Of a stretch of DNA of 64,000 nt, positions 1 to 9,250 are shown in pieces (position 1 is the first letter of the stretch; the number at the start of each line of letters is the position of its first letter). Where the stretch lies: assembly GCA_963715985.1 (NCBI GenBank), contig CAVQSP010000013.1, positions 576,001-640,000 on the forward strand, written 5' to 3'. The notes beneath the pieces were generated by a model. That model had not been told where the DNA came from, searched no databases, and was given only the letters and a program-made list of their open reading frames with translations. The position numbers were made by a program, and so were the translations under genes. Origin of the DNA: an uncultured Thermoleophilia bacterium (GTDB lineage: Bacteria > Actinomycetota > Thermoleophilia > UBA2241).

Positions 1-473
1 GTGACGATGTGGCGGCGCAGGGTGTTGTTGATGTGGTCGATCATGGCCGCCAGCGTCGTGGTCTTGCCCGAGCCGGTCGTCCCCGTGACGAGGACGAGGC
101 CGCGGGGCTCGAGGGCGAGCCGCTTGAGGATCTCCGGCAGGTGCAGCTCCTCGAACGACGGGATCTTGGTGGTGACCTGGCGCATGGCGATGCTGATGCT
201 GCCGCGCTGGCGGAACACGTTGACGCGGAAGCGCCCCAGGCTGACGGCGGAGTAGGCGAAGTCGATCTCGTTGTGCTCGCTGAACCGGCGGATCTGCTTG
301 TCGGTCATGATGGACGCCGCCACGTCCTTGGTGTCTTCGGGCGTAAGGGGGGGATCGTCCATCAGGGAGAGCTCGCCGTCCACGCGCATCACGGGCGGGC
401 TGCCCGCCTTGATATGAAGGTCCGACGCGTTGCGCGCCATCATGTCGCCGAGCAGTTCGTCGATGGGTCTCAC
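1..473 (-). CDS. pilT: Type IV pilus retraction ATPase PilT/PilU family (5' part; continues past the window start)
   Basis: Manual minus-strand translation from GTG at 473: MRPIDELL...ASDLHIKAGSPPVMRVDGEL...GRFRVNVFRQRG...PRGLVLVTGTTGSGKTTTLAAMIDHIN (Walker A). Absent from the ORF track because it is truncated. Confidence 0.92.
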   Translation of the reverse strand, partial: MRPIDELLGDMMARNASDLHIKAGSPPVMRVDGELSLMDDPPLTPEDTKDVAASIMTDKQIRRFSEHNEIDFAYSAVSLGRFRVNVFRQRGSISIAMRQVTTKIPSFEELHLPEILKRLALEPRGLVLVTGTTGSGKTTTLAAMIDHINNTLRRHIV

Positions 474-573
474 GTTGCAGCCCCAGAGTCGCTTGCGGTT
501 CCACTCACCTTCTTCGGCAAGTGACGGGAAAACCATACACCTTCGCGCCCGCCCGAGGCGCGGCAGATGTTGC

Positions 574-699
574 GACTAGCCAACGCAGCCCGGGCTGAGC
601 GCCTCGCGGCCCGCCAGGGCCCCGCGCGAGGCGGACTAGCCAACGCAGCCCGGGCTGAGCGCCTCGCGGCCCGCCAGGGCCCCGCGCGAGGCGGACTAG
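574..699. repeat. Perfect 60-bp tandem duplication (2.1 copies) containing a GC hairpin, starting at the stop codon of the NlpC/P60 gene
   Basis: gactagccaacgcagcccgggctgagcgcctcgcggcccgccagggccccgcgcgaggcg at 574 and 634; internal inverted repeat cctcgcg/cgcgagg. Confidence 0.9.
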
Positions 700-1730
700 A
701 AGCGTCCGCCGATCCAGGCGTCGCGGCCCGTGAACGTGCCGTAGCGCACCACGTCGCCGGTGTGCGGCGCCTCGATGCAGGTCGTCCCGCCCACGAAGAT
801 CGCCACGTGGTGGCTGAAGCTGGCGTTGCCGAAGAAGATGAGGTCGCCCGGCCGTAGGTCACTGAGCGGCACGGGGACGCTCGCGCGCTGCTGGTCGGTG
901 GCTCCGTGGGACAGTTGGATGCCGATCTGCGCGTAGCAATACATCGTCAGGCCGCTGCAATCGAAGCCGCCGGTGCCGGCGCCGCCCCACACGTACGGCA
1001 CGCCGAAGTAGCGCTGGGCGATGGCCACGATCTCGGGGTGACCCGGGCTGTTGGGGTCGACGTTGGGGATGGGGCCGTTGTAGCCCTGCAGGGCGAGCTT
1101 GGCACGCAGCGCGGCCTGCGCCTGCATCTTCTTGATCTGCTTCTTGAGGCCGCGGGTCATGCTCTCGAGGTCGGCCTCGAGACTCGCGATGCGGTCCTTC
1201 TCGGCGGCCCGCTCTACGACGAGTAGGGCTGCCTGCTTCTTGTCGGCCCTGAGTCTTACGCGCCGGTCCTTGATGTTGCGGCGGTACTTGGCGATGGCCT
1301 TGACGGTGTCCACGTCGCTGTTGCCGAGACGGTTCATCATGTCGAGCTGCGTGATCAGCTCGTCGAAGCTGTCCGCCGCGAAAAGGACGTCCACCACTCC
1401 GACGTCGCGCGCCTTGTAGATGTTGCGGGCGCGCGCCTTGAGCTGCTTGTTCGCGGTCCGCAGGTCGTGTTCTGCGGCGTCCAGGAGCCGCTGGTTCTGG
1501 TGGATCTTCTCGTTGACGGTGTCGAGTTGCGCGGACGCCTGGTTGTACTTCTCGGTGGCGATCTCAGCCTGCGTGTAGGCGGTCTGCAGGCGGGCCTGGA
1601 CGGCCTTGAGCCTGGCCTTCTTCTGGGCGATGGGCGACGCGGACGCACCGGCCGCGAAGAGGAGTGAGATGACGAAGACGCCGGCGAGCACCGCCAGAAT
1701 GAGTCGTCGCCGGGAGGACGTGCTTGTCAC
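696..1730 (-). CDS. Secreted coiled-coil NlpC/P60 peptidoglycan endopeptidase (CwlO/RipA-like), copy 2
   Basis: Signal peptide, long coiled coil, C-terminal GVPYVWGG...FDCSGL...LRPGDLIFF...HHVAIFVG...IEAP. Confidence 0.93.
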   Translation of the reverse strand: MTSTSSRRRLILAVLAGVFVISLLFAAGASASPIAQKKARLKAVQARLQTAYTQAEIATEKYNQASAQLDTVNEKIHQNQRLLDAAEHDLRTANKQLKARARNIYKARDVGVVDVLFAADSFDELITQLDMMNRLGNSDVDTVKAIAKYRRNIKDRRVRLRADKKQAALLVVERAAEKDRIASLEADLESMTRGLKKQIKKMQAQAALRAKLALQGYNGPIPNVDPNSPGHPEIVAIAQRYFGVPYVWGGAGTGGFDCSGLTMYCYAQIGIQLSHGATDQQRASVPVPLSDLRPGDLIFFGNASFSHHVAIFVGGTTCIEAPHTGDVVRYGTFTGRDAWIGGRF

Positions 1731-1804
1731 TCTGTCGGGTCCTTTCGAGCGCGGCCGCAGGGGGACGCGCGATGTGCTCGGGAGGTGCGGGTGCTGACAG
1801 TATT

Positions 1805-1849
1805 CGAGCCCGGGCGGCGGCTCCCTGCGGGAGCCGCCGCCCGGGCTCG
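1805..1849 (-). terminator. 21-bp perfect GC hairpin between the two NlpC/P60 genes
   Basis: cgagcccgggcggcggctccc-tgc-gggagccgccgcccgggctcg; no long U tract. Confidence 0.7.
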
Positions 1850-1857
1850 CTCAGCTT

Positions 1858-2922
1858 CTAGAAACGACCGCCGATCCAAGCGCCGCTGATGGAGCCGTAG
1901 CTCACCACGGCACCTGTATGTGGGGCGTGGATCATGCTGCCGCCGCCGACGTAGATGCCGACGTGGTAGCTGTAGCCTGCGCTGCCGAAGAAGACGAGGT
2001 CGCCGGGCTGCAGCGCGCTGATCGGCACCGGCGTGCTGGCGCGCTGCTGGTCGGTGGCCCCGTGGGAGAGGCCGATGCCGAGCTGCGCGTAGACGTACAT
2101 GGTGAAGCCTGAACAGTCGAAGCCGCTGGGGCTGGCGCCGGCCCACACGTAGGGCACGCCGAGGTAGCGCTGGGCGATGGCCACGGCCGAGGAGCGGCCG
2201 GAGCCGCCCGGATCGGGCACGGAACCGCCGCCGCCAGTGAAGCCGCCGGTGCTGCCGCCACTGCTGCTGGCCGCCTCGGCGGCCTGCGCTGCGGCCCTTG
2301 CGGCCGCGGCGGCCTGCTGCTGCAGCCGCTGGATGTCGTTCTTGAGGCCGGCCGTCATGCTCTCGAGCTGGTTCTGCAGGCTGAGGACCTCGTTCTTCTG
2401 GGTCTCGCGCTCGGCGACCAGCCTGGCGGCGGCCTTCTGGTCCGCCTCCAGCTTGACGCGGCGGTCCTTGATGTCGCGCTTGTACGCGGCGATGGACTTC
2501 ACGGTGTCGACGTCGCTGTTGCCCAGGCGCTCCATGAGGTCGAGCTGGGTGACCAGCTCGTCGAAGCTGCTGGAGGCGAAGAGGACGTCGACGATGCCCA
2601 CGTCACGCGACTTGTAGATGCTCTCCACACGAGACTGCAGCTGGGCGTTGGCGACGTCGAGGTTGTACTTGGCGACCTTGAGGAGGCGCTGGTTCTGGCC
2701 GATCTGCTGCTGCACGGTGTGCAGCTGGCTGCTGGCCTGATTGAACTTCTCCACGGCCATGTCGGCCTTGTGGTACACGTCCTGGAGCTTGGCCTGGACG
2801 GCAGCCAGCTTGGCCTTCTTTTGGGAGATCGGGGAGGCGGAAGCCTGAGACGCAAGAGCGAGGGTGAAGAGGAGGGCGGAGAGGATGACGAGGATGACTG
2901 CGTGTCGTCGTCTACCGTTCAC
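1858..2922 (-). CDS. Secreted coiled-coil NlpC/P60 peptidoglycan endopeptidase (CwlO/RipA-like), copy 1
   Basis: Signal peptide, coiled coil, Gly/Ser linker, GVPYVWAG...FDCSGF...LQPGDLVFF...YHVGIYVG...MIHAP; RBS gaaggagg. Confidence 0.93.
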   Translation of the reverse strand: MNGRRRHAVILVILSALLFTLALASQASASPISQKKAKLAAVQAKLQDVYHKADMAVEKFNQASSQLHTVQQQIGQNQRLLKVAKYNLDVANAQLQSRVESIYKSRDVGIVDVLFASSSFDELVTQLDLMERLGNSDVDTVKSIAAYKRDIKDRRVKLEADQKAAARLVAERETQKNEVLSLQNQLESMTAGLKNDIQRLQQQAAAAARAAAQAAEAASSSGGSTGGFTGGGGSVPDPGGSGRSSAVAIAQRYLGVPYVWAGASPSGFDCSGFTMYVYAQLGIGLSHGATDQQRASTPVPISALQPGDLVFFGSAGYSYHVGIYVGGGSMIHAPHTGAVVSYGSISGAWIGGRF

Positions 2923-3048
2923 TGCATCGCCTCCTTCGGGCGTGTCACGGGGGCGGACACGCTTGCTGAGGTGAGCCCTGAGTCACTGCTCCGGGTCTGA
3001 TCGAGCTTTCCGCCAGGGAAGAAGCTGCTCACCAAACTCAAGTACGAG

Positions 3049-3077
3049 ACCCTATCATCAGACCTCCGGCCTGACAA
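3049..3077 (-). promoter_or_regulatory. Putative primary-sigma promoter for the NlpC/P60 genes
   Basis: Minus strand TTGTCA-17 bp-TAGGGT, implying a ~120-nt leader. Confidence 0.55.
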
Positions 3078-3103
3078 CCATCCCGGGCACTCTCTTCGTC
3101 CGG

Positions 3104-4534
3104 TCACGACCGTCTGGACTCGCCGCCGGCGCTCACGCTGCGCACCGTCCCGGGCGGCGTGGGACGTGGCCACATGCGCTTGAGCGCCTTGATGAACGCC
3201 TTGTTGCGCTCGTCCTTGCGCCAGTTGCGGATGATGACCATGCCCCAGCCGTGGAAGAGCAGCTGCTTCGTGAAACGGAACGTGAAGATGTACTTGAGCC
3301 ACGTGCGCAACGAGTAGAAGCGCATGTAGCCGCGGAGCACCTCGATCTGCAGCTCGTACGGCGTCATGAGCTTGGGCTCGAAGACCACGTGGTGGGCATC
3401 GTAGAGCTCCCAGCGCTTGTCGAAGATGCGGCCCGCCGCGTCCAGCTCCTCGAACTGCGGCGTGCCCGGCAGCGGCGTGAGGATGTTGAGCATCACGGTG
3501 TCGATCTTGTTCTTGATGGCGAACGTCACCGTGTCGCGCACGGTCTGCACGGTGTCCGTGTCCGCGCCGAGCACGAACATGCCGTGGCTCTTGATGCCGA
3601 AGTCGTGAAGCACCTTGATGGCGCGCTCGATGTCCTCGACCGTCTGTGACTTCTCATAGCCGTCCAGGGTGGCCTGGTTGACCGACTCCAGGCCCAGGTA
3701 CACGAGCTCGCAGCCCGTGCGCCGCATGAGGTCGAGCAGCTCCGGGTCGCGGACCACGTCGGTGCGCACCTGAGCCGACCAGGGGATGACGAGGTTGCGC
3801 TCGACCATCATGGTGAGGAGCCGCTTGAGGCGCTTCTTGTCGGCCGCCATGTTGTCGTCGTAGAAGAAGATGCGCCTGGGGCGCTTGTCCTCCAGCTCGG
3901 CGATGACACTCTCGGCGCTGCGGAAGCGGTACTTGCGCCCGAACATCGCCGTCACCGAGCAGAAGTTGCAGGCGAACGGGCAGCCCCAGCTGGTCATGAT
4001 CGGCATCGTCTGCAGCCGCTCGTTGCCGACCAGCAGCGAGAGGTCGGGGAAGGGCAGCGTGTCCAGGTCGGTACAGCGCTCGCGCAGCGGATTATCCACC
4101 GTCTCGCCGTCGCGGCGGAACGAGAGCCCGCCCACGTCCTCCAACCGGCGCGAGCCGTCAAGCGCCTCGATGAGCTCGAGCATGAGCTCCTCGCCGCCCT
4201 CGCCGCGGGCCACGTAGTCGGCATGCCCCAGAGCCTCCTCCGCCATGAACGTGACGTGGGACCCGCCGATGATCACGGGGATGCCGCGGGCCCGAAGCTC
4301 GTCGGCGAACTGGAAGGCGGTGCTGGCCGTGGACGTGGTGCTCGAGAGGCCCACGAGGTCGGACGTGTACACGTCCTCCCAGTCGATGGGAGCCATGGTG
4401 GGGTTGTAGACGAGCACGTCGTGGCCGTGGCTCTTGAGGGTCGCCGCGATGATCGGCAGGCCGAGGCGCGGCAGGAGCACCTTGGCCCACACGTGCATGC
4501 CCGGGGGTTCAGGCTCGATGAGACGGATCTTCAT
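3104..4534 (-). CDS. B12-binding-domain radical SAM protein
   Basis: Start re-called at ATG 4534 (MKIRLIEPE...PRLGL); VIIGGSH, ARGEGG, TSWGCPFACNFC (CxxxCxxC), FYDDN, GLES. Confidence 0.92.
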   Translation of the reverse strand: MKIRLIEPEPPGMHVWAKVLLPRLGLPIIAATLKSHGHDVLVYNPTMAPIDWEDVYTSDLVGLSSTTSTASTAFQFADELRARGIPVIIGGSHVTFMAEEALGHADYVARGEGGEELMLELIEALDGSRRLEDVGGLSFRRDGETVDNPLRERCTDLDTLPFPDLSLLVGNERLQTMPIMTSWGCPFACNFCSVTAMFGRKYRFRSAESVIAELEDKRPRRIFFYDDNMAADKKRLKRLLTMMVERNLVIPWSAQVRTDVVRDPELLDLMRRTGCELVYLGLESVNQATLDGYEKSQTVEDIERAIKVLHDFGIKSHGMFVLGADTDTVQTVRDTVTFAIKNKIDTVMLNILTPLPGTPQFEELDAAGRIFDKRWELYDAHHVVFEPKLMTPYELQIEVLRGYMRFYSLRTWLKYIFTFRFTKQLLFHGWGMVIIRNWRKDERNKAFIKALKRMWPRPTPPGTVRSVSAGGESRRS

Positions 4535-4650
4535 GACGCTCCTTGAAACGGGGAGTGGGCCTTCGGGGATTTCGCGCGGGAGCGCTTCCACAACGAATAG
4601 CATACCGCACCGCACACGTGCGGCCGGCCGGCGTCCCGTGGGGCCGGCGA

Positions 4651-5643
4651 CTAGAAGAGCGACCTGATCGCCACGCCGGCGAGGTAGACGGCAGCGCCGA
4701 CGAGGCCGGCCGCCGGCAGCGTGAGGATCCACGCGGTGACGATGTTGCCGGCCACGCCCCAGCGGACGGCGGAGAGGCGCTGGGTGGAGCCCACGCCCAT
4801 GATCGAGGCCGTGATCGTGTGCGTGGTCGAGACGGGGACGCCGAAGTGCGTCGCGAGCTGGATGACGCTGGCGGCCGTCGTCTCGGCGGCGAACCCGTGG
4901 ATGGGGTCCAGCTTGATGACCTTGGATCCGAGGGTGTGGATGATGCGCCAGCCGCCGGAGTAGGTGCCCAGTGCCATGGCGATCGCGCAGACGATCTTGA
5001 CCCAGGCCGGGATGTAGAACGTGTCGATGGTGCCGCTCGCGAAGAGGGCGAGGGCGATGATGCCCATCGTCTTCTGGGCGTCGTTGGCGCCGTGGGAGAA
5101 GGCCATGAACCCCGCCGAGATGGGCTGGAGGCGGCGGAACCACGTGTTGACGGGCCCCTGCGCGCGCTTGCGCACCAGCCAGATCAGGCCCGTCATCAGC
5201 AGCCACGCGCCGACGAACCCGAAGAGCGGCGAGAAGACCATCGGCAGGATGATCTTGTCGAAGACTCCGCTCCAGATGACGCCGCTGACACCCGCACTGG
5301 CGATCATGGCCCCGATGAGGCCGCCGAAGAGCGCGTGGGAGGAGCTGGAGGGGATGCCGAAGCGCCACGTGATGAGGTTCCACGCGACGGCGCCGACGAG
5401 GGCGGCCGAGACGACCTGCAGGGTGACGAGGTCGGTGTTGACGATCCCTTCGCCCACGGTCTTGGCGACACTGGTGGACACCAGTGCGCCGAGCAGGTTC
5501 AGCCCGGCCGCCATCAGGATGGCGAAGCGCGGCGAGATGGCGCGCGTCGACACCGAGGTCGCGATCGCGTTGGCGGTGTCGTGGAAGCCGTTGGTGTAGT
5601 CGAAGACGAGCGCCAGGGCGACGATCGCGATGAGAAGGACCAC
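4651..5643 (-). CDS. pit: Inorganic phosphate transporter, PiT family
   Basis: NGFHDTANAIAT, GIPSSSSHAL, SHGANDAQK and PVSTTH signatures. Confidence 0.96.
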   Translation of the reverse strand: MVLLIAIVALALVFDYTNGFHDTANAIATSVSTRAISPRFAILMAAGLNLLGALVSTSVAKTVGEGIVNTDLVTLQVVSAALVGAVAWNLITWRFGIPSSSSHALFGGLIGAMIASAGVSGVIWSGVFDKIILPMVFSPLFGFVGAWLLMTGLIWLVRKRAQGPVNTWFRRLQPISAGFMAFSHGANDAQKTMGIIALALFASGTIDTFYIPAWVKIVCAIAMALGTYSGGWRIIHTLGSKVIKLDPIHGFAAETTAASVIQLATHFGVPVSTTHTITASIMGVGSTQRLSAVRWGVAGNIVTAWILTLPAAGLVGAAVYLAGVAIRSLF

Positions 5644-5657
5644 GGCCCGGGCTCAGG

Positions 5658-6278
5658 TCAGTTGTGCTTGAGGACGATGCTCTCGATCACGTTGGCCACG
5701 TGCTCGCAGTCGTCGATAGCGCCTTCGAGGGTCTCGTAGATGTCCTTCCACTTGATGATGTCGGTGCACATGGTGTCGCCCTCGAACAGGCTCGCGATGG
5801 CCTCGCGCTCGATGCGGTCGCCGTCGTTCTCGAGGCTGTTGACGGCGATGATGCGCTCGTCGAGGCCCTTGGGCTTCTCCAGGTTGTCCATGCACTCGCG
5901 CAAGATGGGCGTCGCTTTGGCGATGACCTCGGCCTGGCGCTTGGCATACGTGGTGATCTCGTCGATGCGGTAGATGATCACGAGCCCCGCGGCCTCTTCG
6001 ATGCTGTCGAGGACCTCGTCGGCGGTGGCCACGAGGTCGTAGATGTCCTCGCGGTCGATGGGCGTGATGAACGACTTGTTGAGGCGGCGCACGATGTCGT
6101 GGACGATCTTGTCGCCCACGTGCTCGTGCTCGAGGATGGCCGCGGCGACCGACGAGCGACCGCTGCCGTCCTCGTTCATGAATCTCACGAGGAGCTGCGC
6201 CGCAGCATCGAGATTGGCGGCGAGCTCCGAGAACAGCCGGAAGTAGTCGTGTTCCTTCGGAACGAGGCTGAGTCTCAC
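5658..6278 (-). CDS. DUF47 / YkaA PhoU-like Pit accessory protein
   Basis: EHVGDKI...FITPIDREDIY, LENDGDRI, IKWKDIYETLE; directly upstream of pit. Confidence 0.93.
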   Translation of the reverse strand: MRLSLVPKEHDYFRLFSELAANLDAAAQLLVRFMNEDGSGRSSVAAAILEHEHVGDKIVHDIVRRLNKSFITPIDREDIYDLVATADEVLDSIEEAAGLVIIYRIDEITTYAKRQAEVIAKATPILRECMDNLEKPKGLDERIIAVNSLENDGDRIEREAIASLFEGDTMCTDIIKWKDIYETLEGAIDDCEHVANVIESIVLKHN

Positions 6279-6549
6279 ACGGGCTCCTTTCCCCTACCGT
6301 GCCCTGTGCCGCGGTAATGCTATCCGAATCGGGAGGCTGCGCAACCACGGCACGGGGCTCCGCGGGCGGCCGGAGGGGCCGGCCGCACGGTTGCGCGATT
6401 CTGTTCGATTCCGATAGCCTGCTGCGGCGCGCGCAGGGGCGGAGGGCTCCGGCGCGCCTGTGAACGGAGACCCGCCGCGCTGCGACGTCCGCGCCGCACA
6501 CGGCGGAGGTGAGCTTGAGGACCGGCGCGTGACCCGAGGAGGACCCCCC

Positions 6550-7202
6550 ATGTCCCAGCAGCTCTACGAGCAGATGAAGCAGAGCGTCATCGACGGCGAG
6601 GTCGAGGACGCCGAACGCCTCGCCCAGGAGGGCCTCGACGCCGGCCTGCCCGCCGGCGACATCCTCGACGCCGGTTTCGTGAAGGGCATCGAGGAGGTCG
6701 GCGAGCTCTTCGGGCGCGGCGAGTTCTTCCTCCCCGAGCTCGTGCAGGGGGCGGAGGCGATGAAGGCCGCGGTGCGCGTCCTGCAGCCCGCCCTCGACGC
6801 CTCCGGCGGCGGCCGCCAGGCGCTCGGCGTGGCCGTCGCCGGGACCGTGGCCGGCGACATCCACGAGATCGGCAAGACGATCGTCTGCAGCATGCTCTCC
6901 GCCGCCGGCTTCACCGTCACCGACGTGGGCTGCGACGTGCCCGTCGAGACCTTCATCGCGACCTGCAAGGAGACCAACGCCGACCTGCTCCTGCTCAGCG
7001 CCCTGCTGACCACGACGATGCCCAACCAGCAGAAGACGATCGCAGGCGCTGAAAGAGGCCGGTCTGCGCGACAAGCGTGAAGGTGATGATCGGCGGCGCC
7101 CCCACGACGCGGGCCTGGGCCGACGAGATCGGCGCCGACGGCTACGCCGAGGACGCCATCGAGGCGGTCGTCGCGGCGAAGGCGCTGCTGGGGGTGGAGT
7201 AG
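6550..7202 (+). CDS. Methyltransferase cognate corrinoid protein (MtbC/MttC/MtaC-like); two apparent indels near 7045-7077
   Basis: GEFFLPELV...GTVAGDIHEIGKTIV (DxH B12 motif), SALLTTTM, then in shifted frames LKEAGLRDK and VKVMIGGAP...WADEIGADGYAEDA to TAG 7200-7202; RBS ggagga. Confidence 0.9.
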
Positions 7203-7234
7203 CAGCTCAGCGGGCAGCGGACCTGAAGCGACGT

Positions 7235-7274
7235 CCGAGGGGGCGGCGGCGCGGGAGCGCCGCCGCCCCCTCGG
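7235..7274 (+). terminator. 18-bp perfect hairpin after the corrinoid gene
   Basis: ccgagggggcggcggcgc-ggga-gcgccgccgccccctcgg. Confidence 0.7.
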
Positions 7275-7341
7275 CCGTACGGGCTCCGGCGCCTCGCCGG
7301 TGATGTGTACCGGCGCCGCACTTTCGGTAGAGTGAGCGACG

Positions 7342-8532
7342 ATGGGGACCGACCACGCCGCATACTTCGAAGAGGTCGAAGCGCGCTTCGAGCGCGCCCT
7401 CGACTTCGACCTGGGGCTCGAGGAGGAGTTCCAGGTCCTCGAGCCCGAGACGCTCGCCCTCACGTCCGGCTTCGAGGCGTTGCGCGACGCTGCGCCGGAG
7501 CGCCTGCGCGGCCGTATCGCCGGTGAGCTCCTGCGCTCGGAGATCGAGGTCTCCACACCACGCACCCTGCACTTCGGGCAGGCGTCCATGCACCTGCTCC
7601 TCAACCGCTCGGAGTTGTTCGCTCTCGCCGACCGCGAGGGCTACGCCCTGGGCGCCACCGGCACGCATCCGTTCTCTGCCTGGAAGGACCAGGAGATCAT
7701 CGACACGCCGCACTACCGCCTGGTGGAGGACCGCCTCAAGTACGTGGCCTGGCGCAACAACACGTGGGCCGCGCACGTGCACATCGGGGTGCGCGGCTGC
7801 GACCGCGCCGTGGCCGTGTGCGACGCGCTGCGGACCTATCTGCCGCACATCCTCGCGCTGTCGGCCAACTCGCCGTTCATCGAGGGCGTGTGGACCCAGC
7901 TGCATTCGGCCCGCACGCAGACCTTCATGCGCATGTTCCCGCGCTGCGGCATCCCGGATGTGTTCGGCACCTGGGCGGAGCATCGCGGGTTCTACGAGGA
8001 GCTCGTGGACACCGACTGCATCCAGGAGTTCACGCAGATCTGGTGGGCCGTGCGCCCGCACCACCGCTTCGGCACCGTGGAGATCCGCATCTGCGACGCC
8101 CAGACCGAGGCGTGGCAGAGCCTCGCCATCTCGTCCCTCACGGTGGGTCTGGTGGCGCATCTCGCGCGCGTCTACGACGAAGGCATGCCGCTGCCCATCC
8201 TGCCGACGCGGTACGTGGAGGAGAACCTGTGGCGGGCCATCCGCTACGGGATGGACGGCAAGCTCGTCGACTGGGCCACGCGCAGCGAGATGACGGCCGG
8301 CGACGCCGTACGGCATCTGCTCGAGCTGTGCGCGCCGTACGCCGACGAGCTGGGCCTCACGCCGCACCTCGCCGACGTGGAGCGCATGCTGCGCGAGGGC
8401 AACGGTGCCCAGCAGCAGGTAAAGGCTCACCTTGAGGGTGAGAGTTTGGAGCAGGTGTTCGCCGGGACCGTGGCCCGGGCCCACGCGATCTCGCTGCCCG
8501 AGAAGGCGCCGGCGCAGGAGGACCAGGCATGA
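7342..8532 (+). CDS. ybdK: YbdK-family carboxylate-amine ligase (glutamate-cysteine ligase GCS2)
   Basis: LGLEEEFQ, GATGTHPFS, HVHIGV, LALSANSPF, IWWAVRPHHRFGTVEIRICDAQ, EENLWRAIRYG. Confidence 0.93.
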   Translation: MGTDHAAYFEEVEARFERALDFDLGLEEEFQVLEPETLALTSGFEALRDAAPERLRGRIAGELLRSEIEVSTPRTLHFGQASMHLLLNRSELFALADREGYALGATGTHPFSAWKDQEIIDTPHYRLVEDRLKYVAWRNNTWAAHVHIGVRGCDRAVAVCDALRTYLPHILALSANSPFIEGVWTQLHSARTQTFMRMFPRCGIPDVFGTWAEHRGFYEELVDTDCIQEFTQIWWAVRPHHRFGTVEIRICDAQTEAWQSLAISSLTVGLVAHLARVYDEGMPLPILPTRYVEENLWRAIRYGMDGKLVDWATRSEMTAGDAVRHLLELCAPYADELGLTPHLADVERMLREGNGAQQQVKAHLEGESLEQVFAGTVARAHAISLPEKAPAQEDQA

Positions 8533-9202
8533 GTGACACCAACGACGCAGGCCGCGCGCCGACCGAAGAGGAACTCGCGCGCGCTTTTCAGGATCTCAAG
8601 AACGTCCACGCGATCGACGTGGTCAATGAGCTGCTGGTGAGCCTCTACAGCTTCGCCTCCACCAAGCTCGGTCTGAGTGACGCGACGGCCGAGCTCCGGG
8701 ACCTCGGCGACGCCCACTTCGCCATCGAGGCGTTTGGGGCGTTGCTCAAGGTCGTGGACCGGGAGTTCGGCGAGGTCCAGACGCAGGCACTGCGCGACAC
8801 GCTGGCGCAGCTGCAGCTCGGGTACGTCCAGGCGCTGGACCTGCCGGGCGAGCGGCCGACGGAGCCGGCGGAGGCGGAGCCGGCCGGTGAGCCGGCGGGC
8901 GCGGAGTCGGGCGGCGAGCGCAGCCCCCGGAGGCGCAGGCCGTGCCGGACGCCGAAGGGTCGATGCCGGCGGGCGAAGCGGCACCGGCGGAGGACGAGGA
9001 GCCGGCGGGCGAGGAGGCAGCGGCCGAGGTGGCGCCCGAGATGCCGGAGTCTGAGAGGTCCGCCGCCGGGAAACCGCCGGCCAAGAAGGCTGCGGCGAAG
9101 AAGCCTGCCGCCAAGAAGCCTGCCGCCAAGAAGCCTGCCGCCCGCAAGCCTGCGGCGAAGAAGCCGCCGGTCAAGAAGCCACCGGCGGACCCGGCCGGCT
9201 GA
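8529..9202 (+). CDS. DUF1844-like protein with acidic linker and Lys/Ala/Pro-rich histone-H1-like tail (frameshift ~8910-8940)
   Basis: KLGL...[17 protein letters not shown]...[13 protein letters not shown], then frame 8942..9202 ending [36 protein letters not shown]; 15-bp DNA repeats aagaagcctgccgcc. Confidence 0.7.
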
Positions 9203-9250
9203 GCCGGCGCACGGGCCCCAGGGCTCGCCGGCGTCGCCGGGCGAGCCGCC

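Noticed and set aside
574-699. Possible CRISPR array
   Set aside because: Units are contiguous and identical with no unique spacers; no cas genes.
2925-3045. c-di-AMP (ydaO) riboswitch call
   Set aside because: Hallmark blocks not found; kept only as an unassigned structured leader.
4535-5383. N-terminal 283-aa extension of the 759-aa radical SAM ORF
   Set aside because: It is an alternate frame of pit; the real protein starts at ATG 4534.
6300-6480. Cobalamin riboswitch upstream of the corrinoid gene
   Set aside because: Only fragments resemble it (aatcggga, ggagacccgcc); the GCCACTG and GGGAAG core elements are absent.
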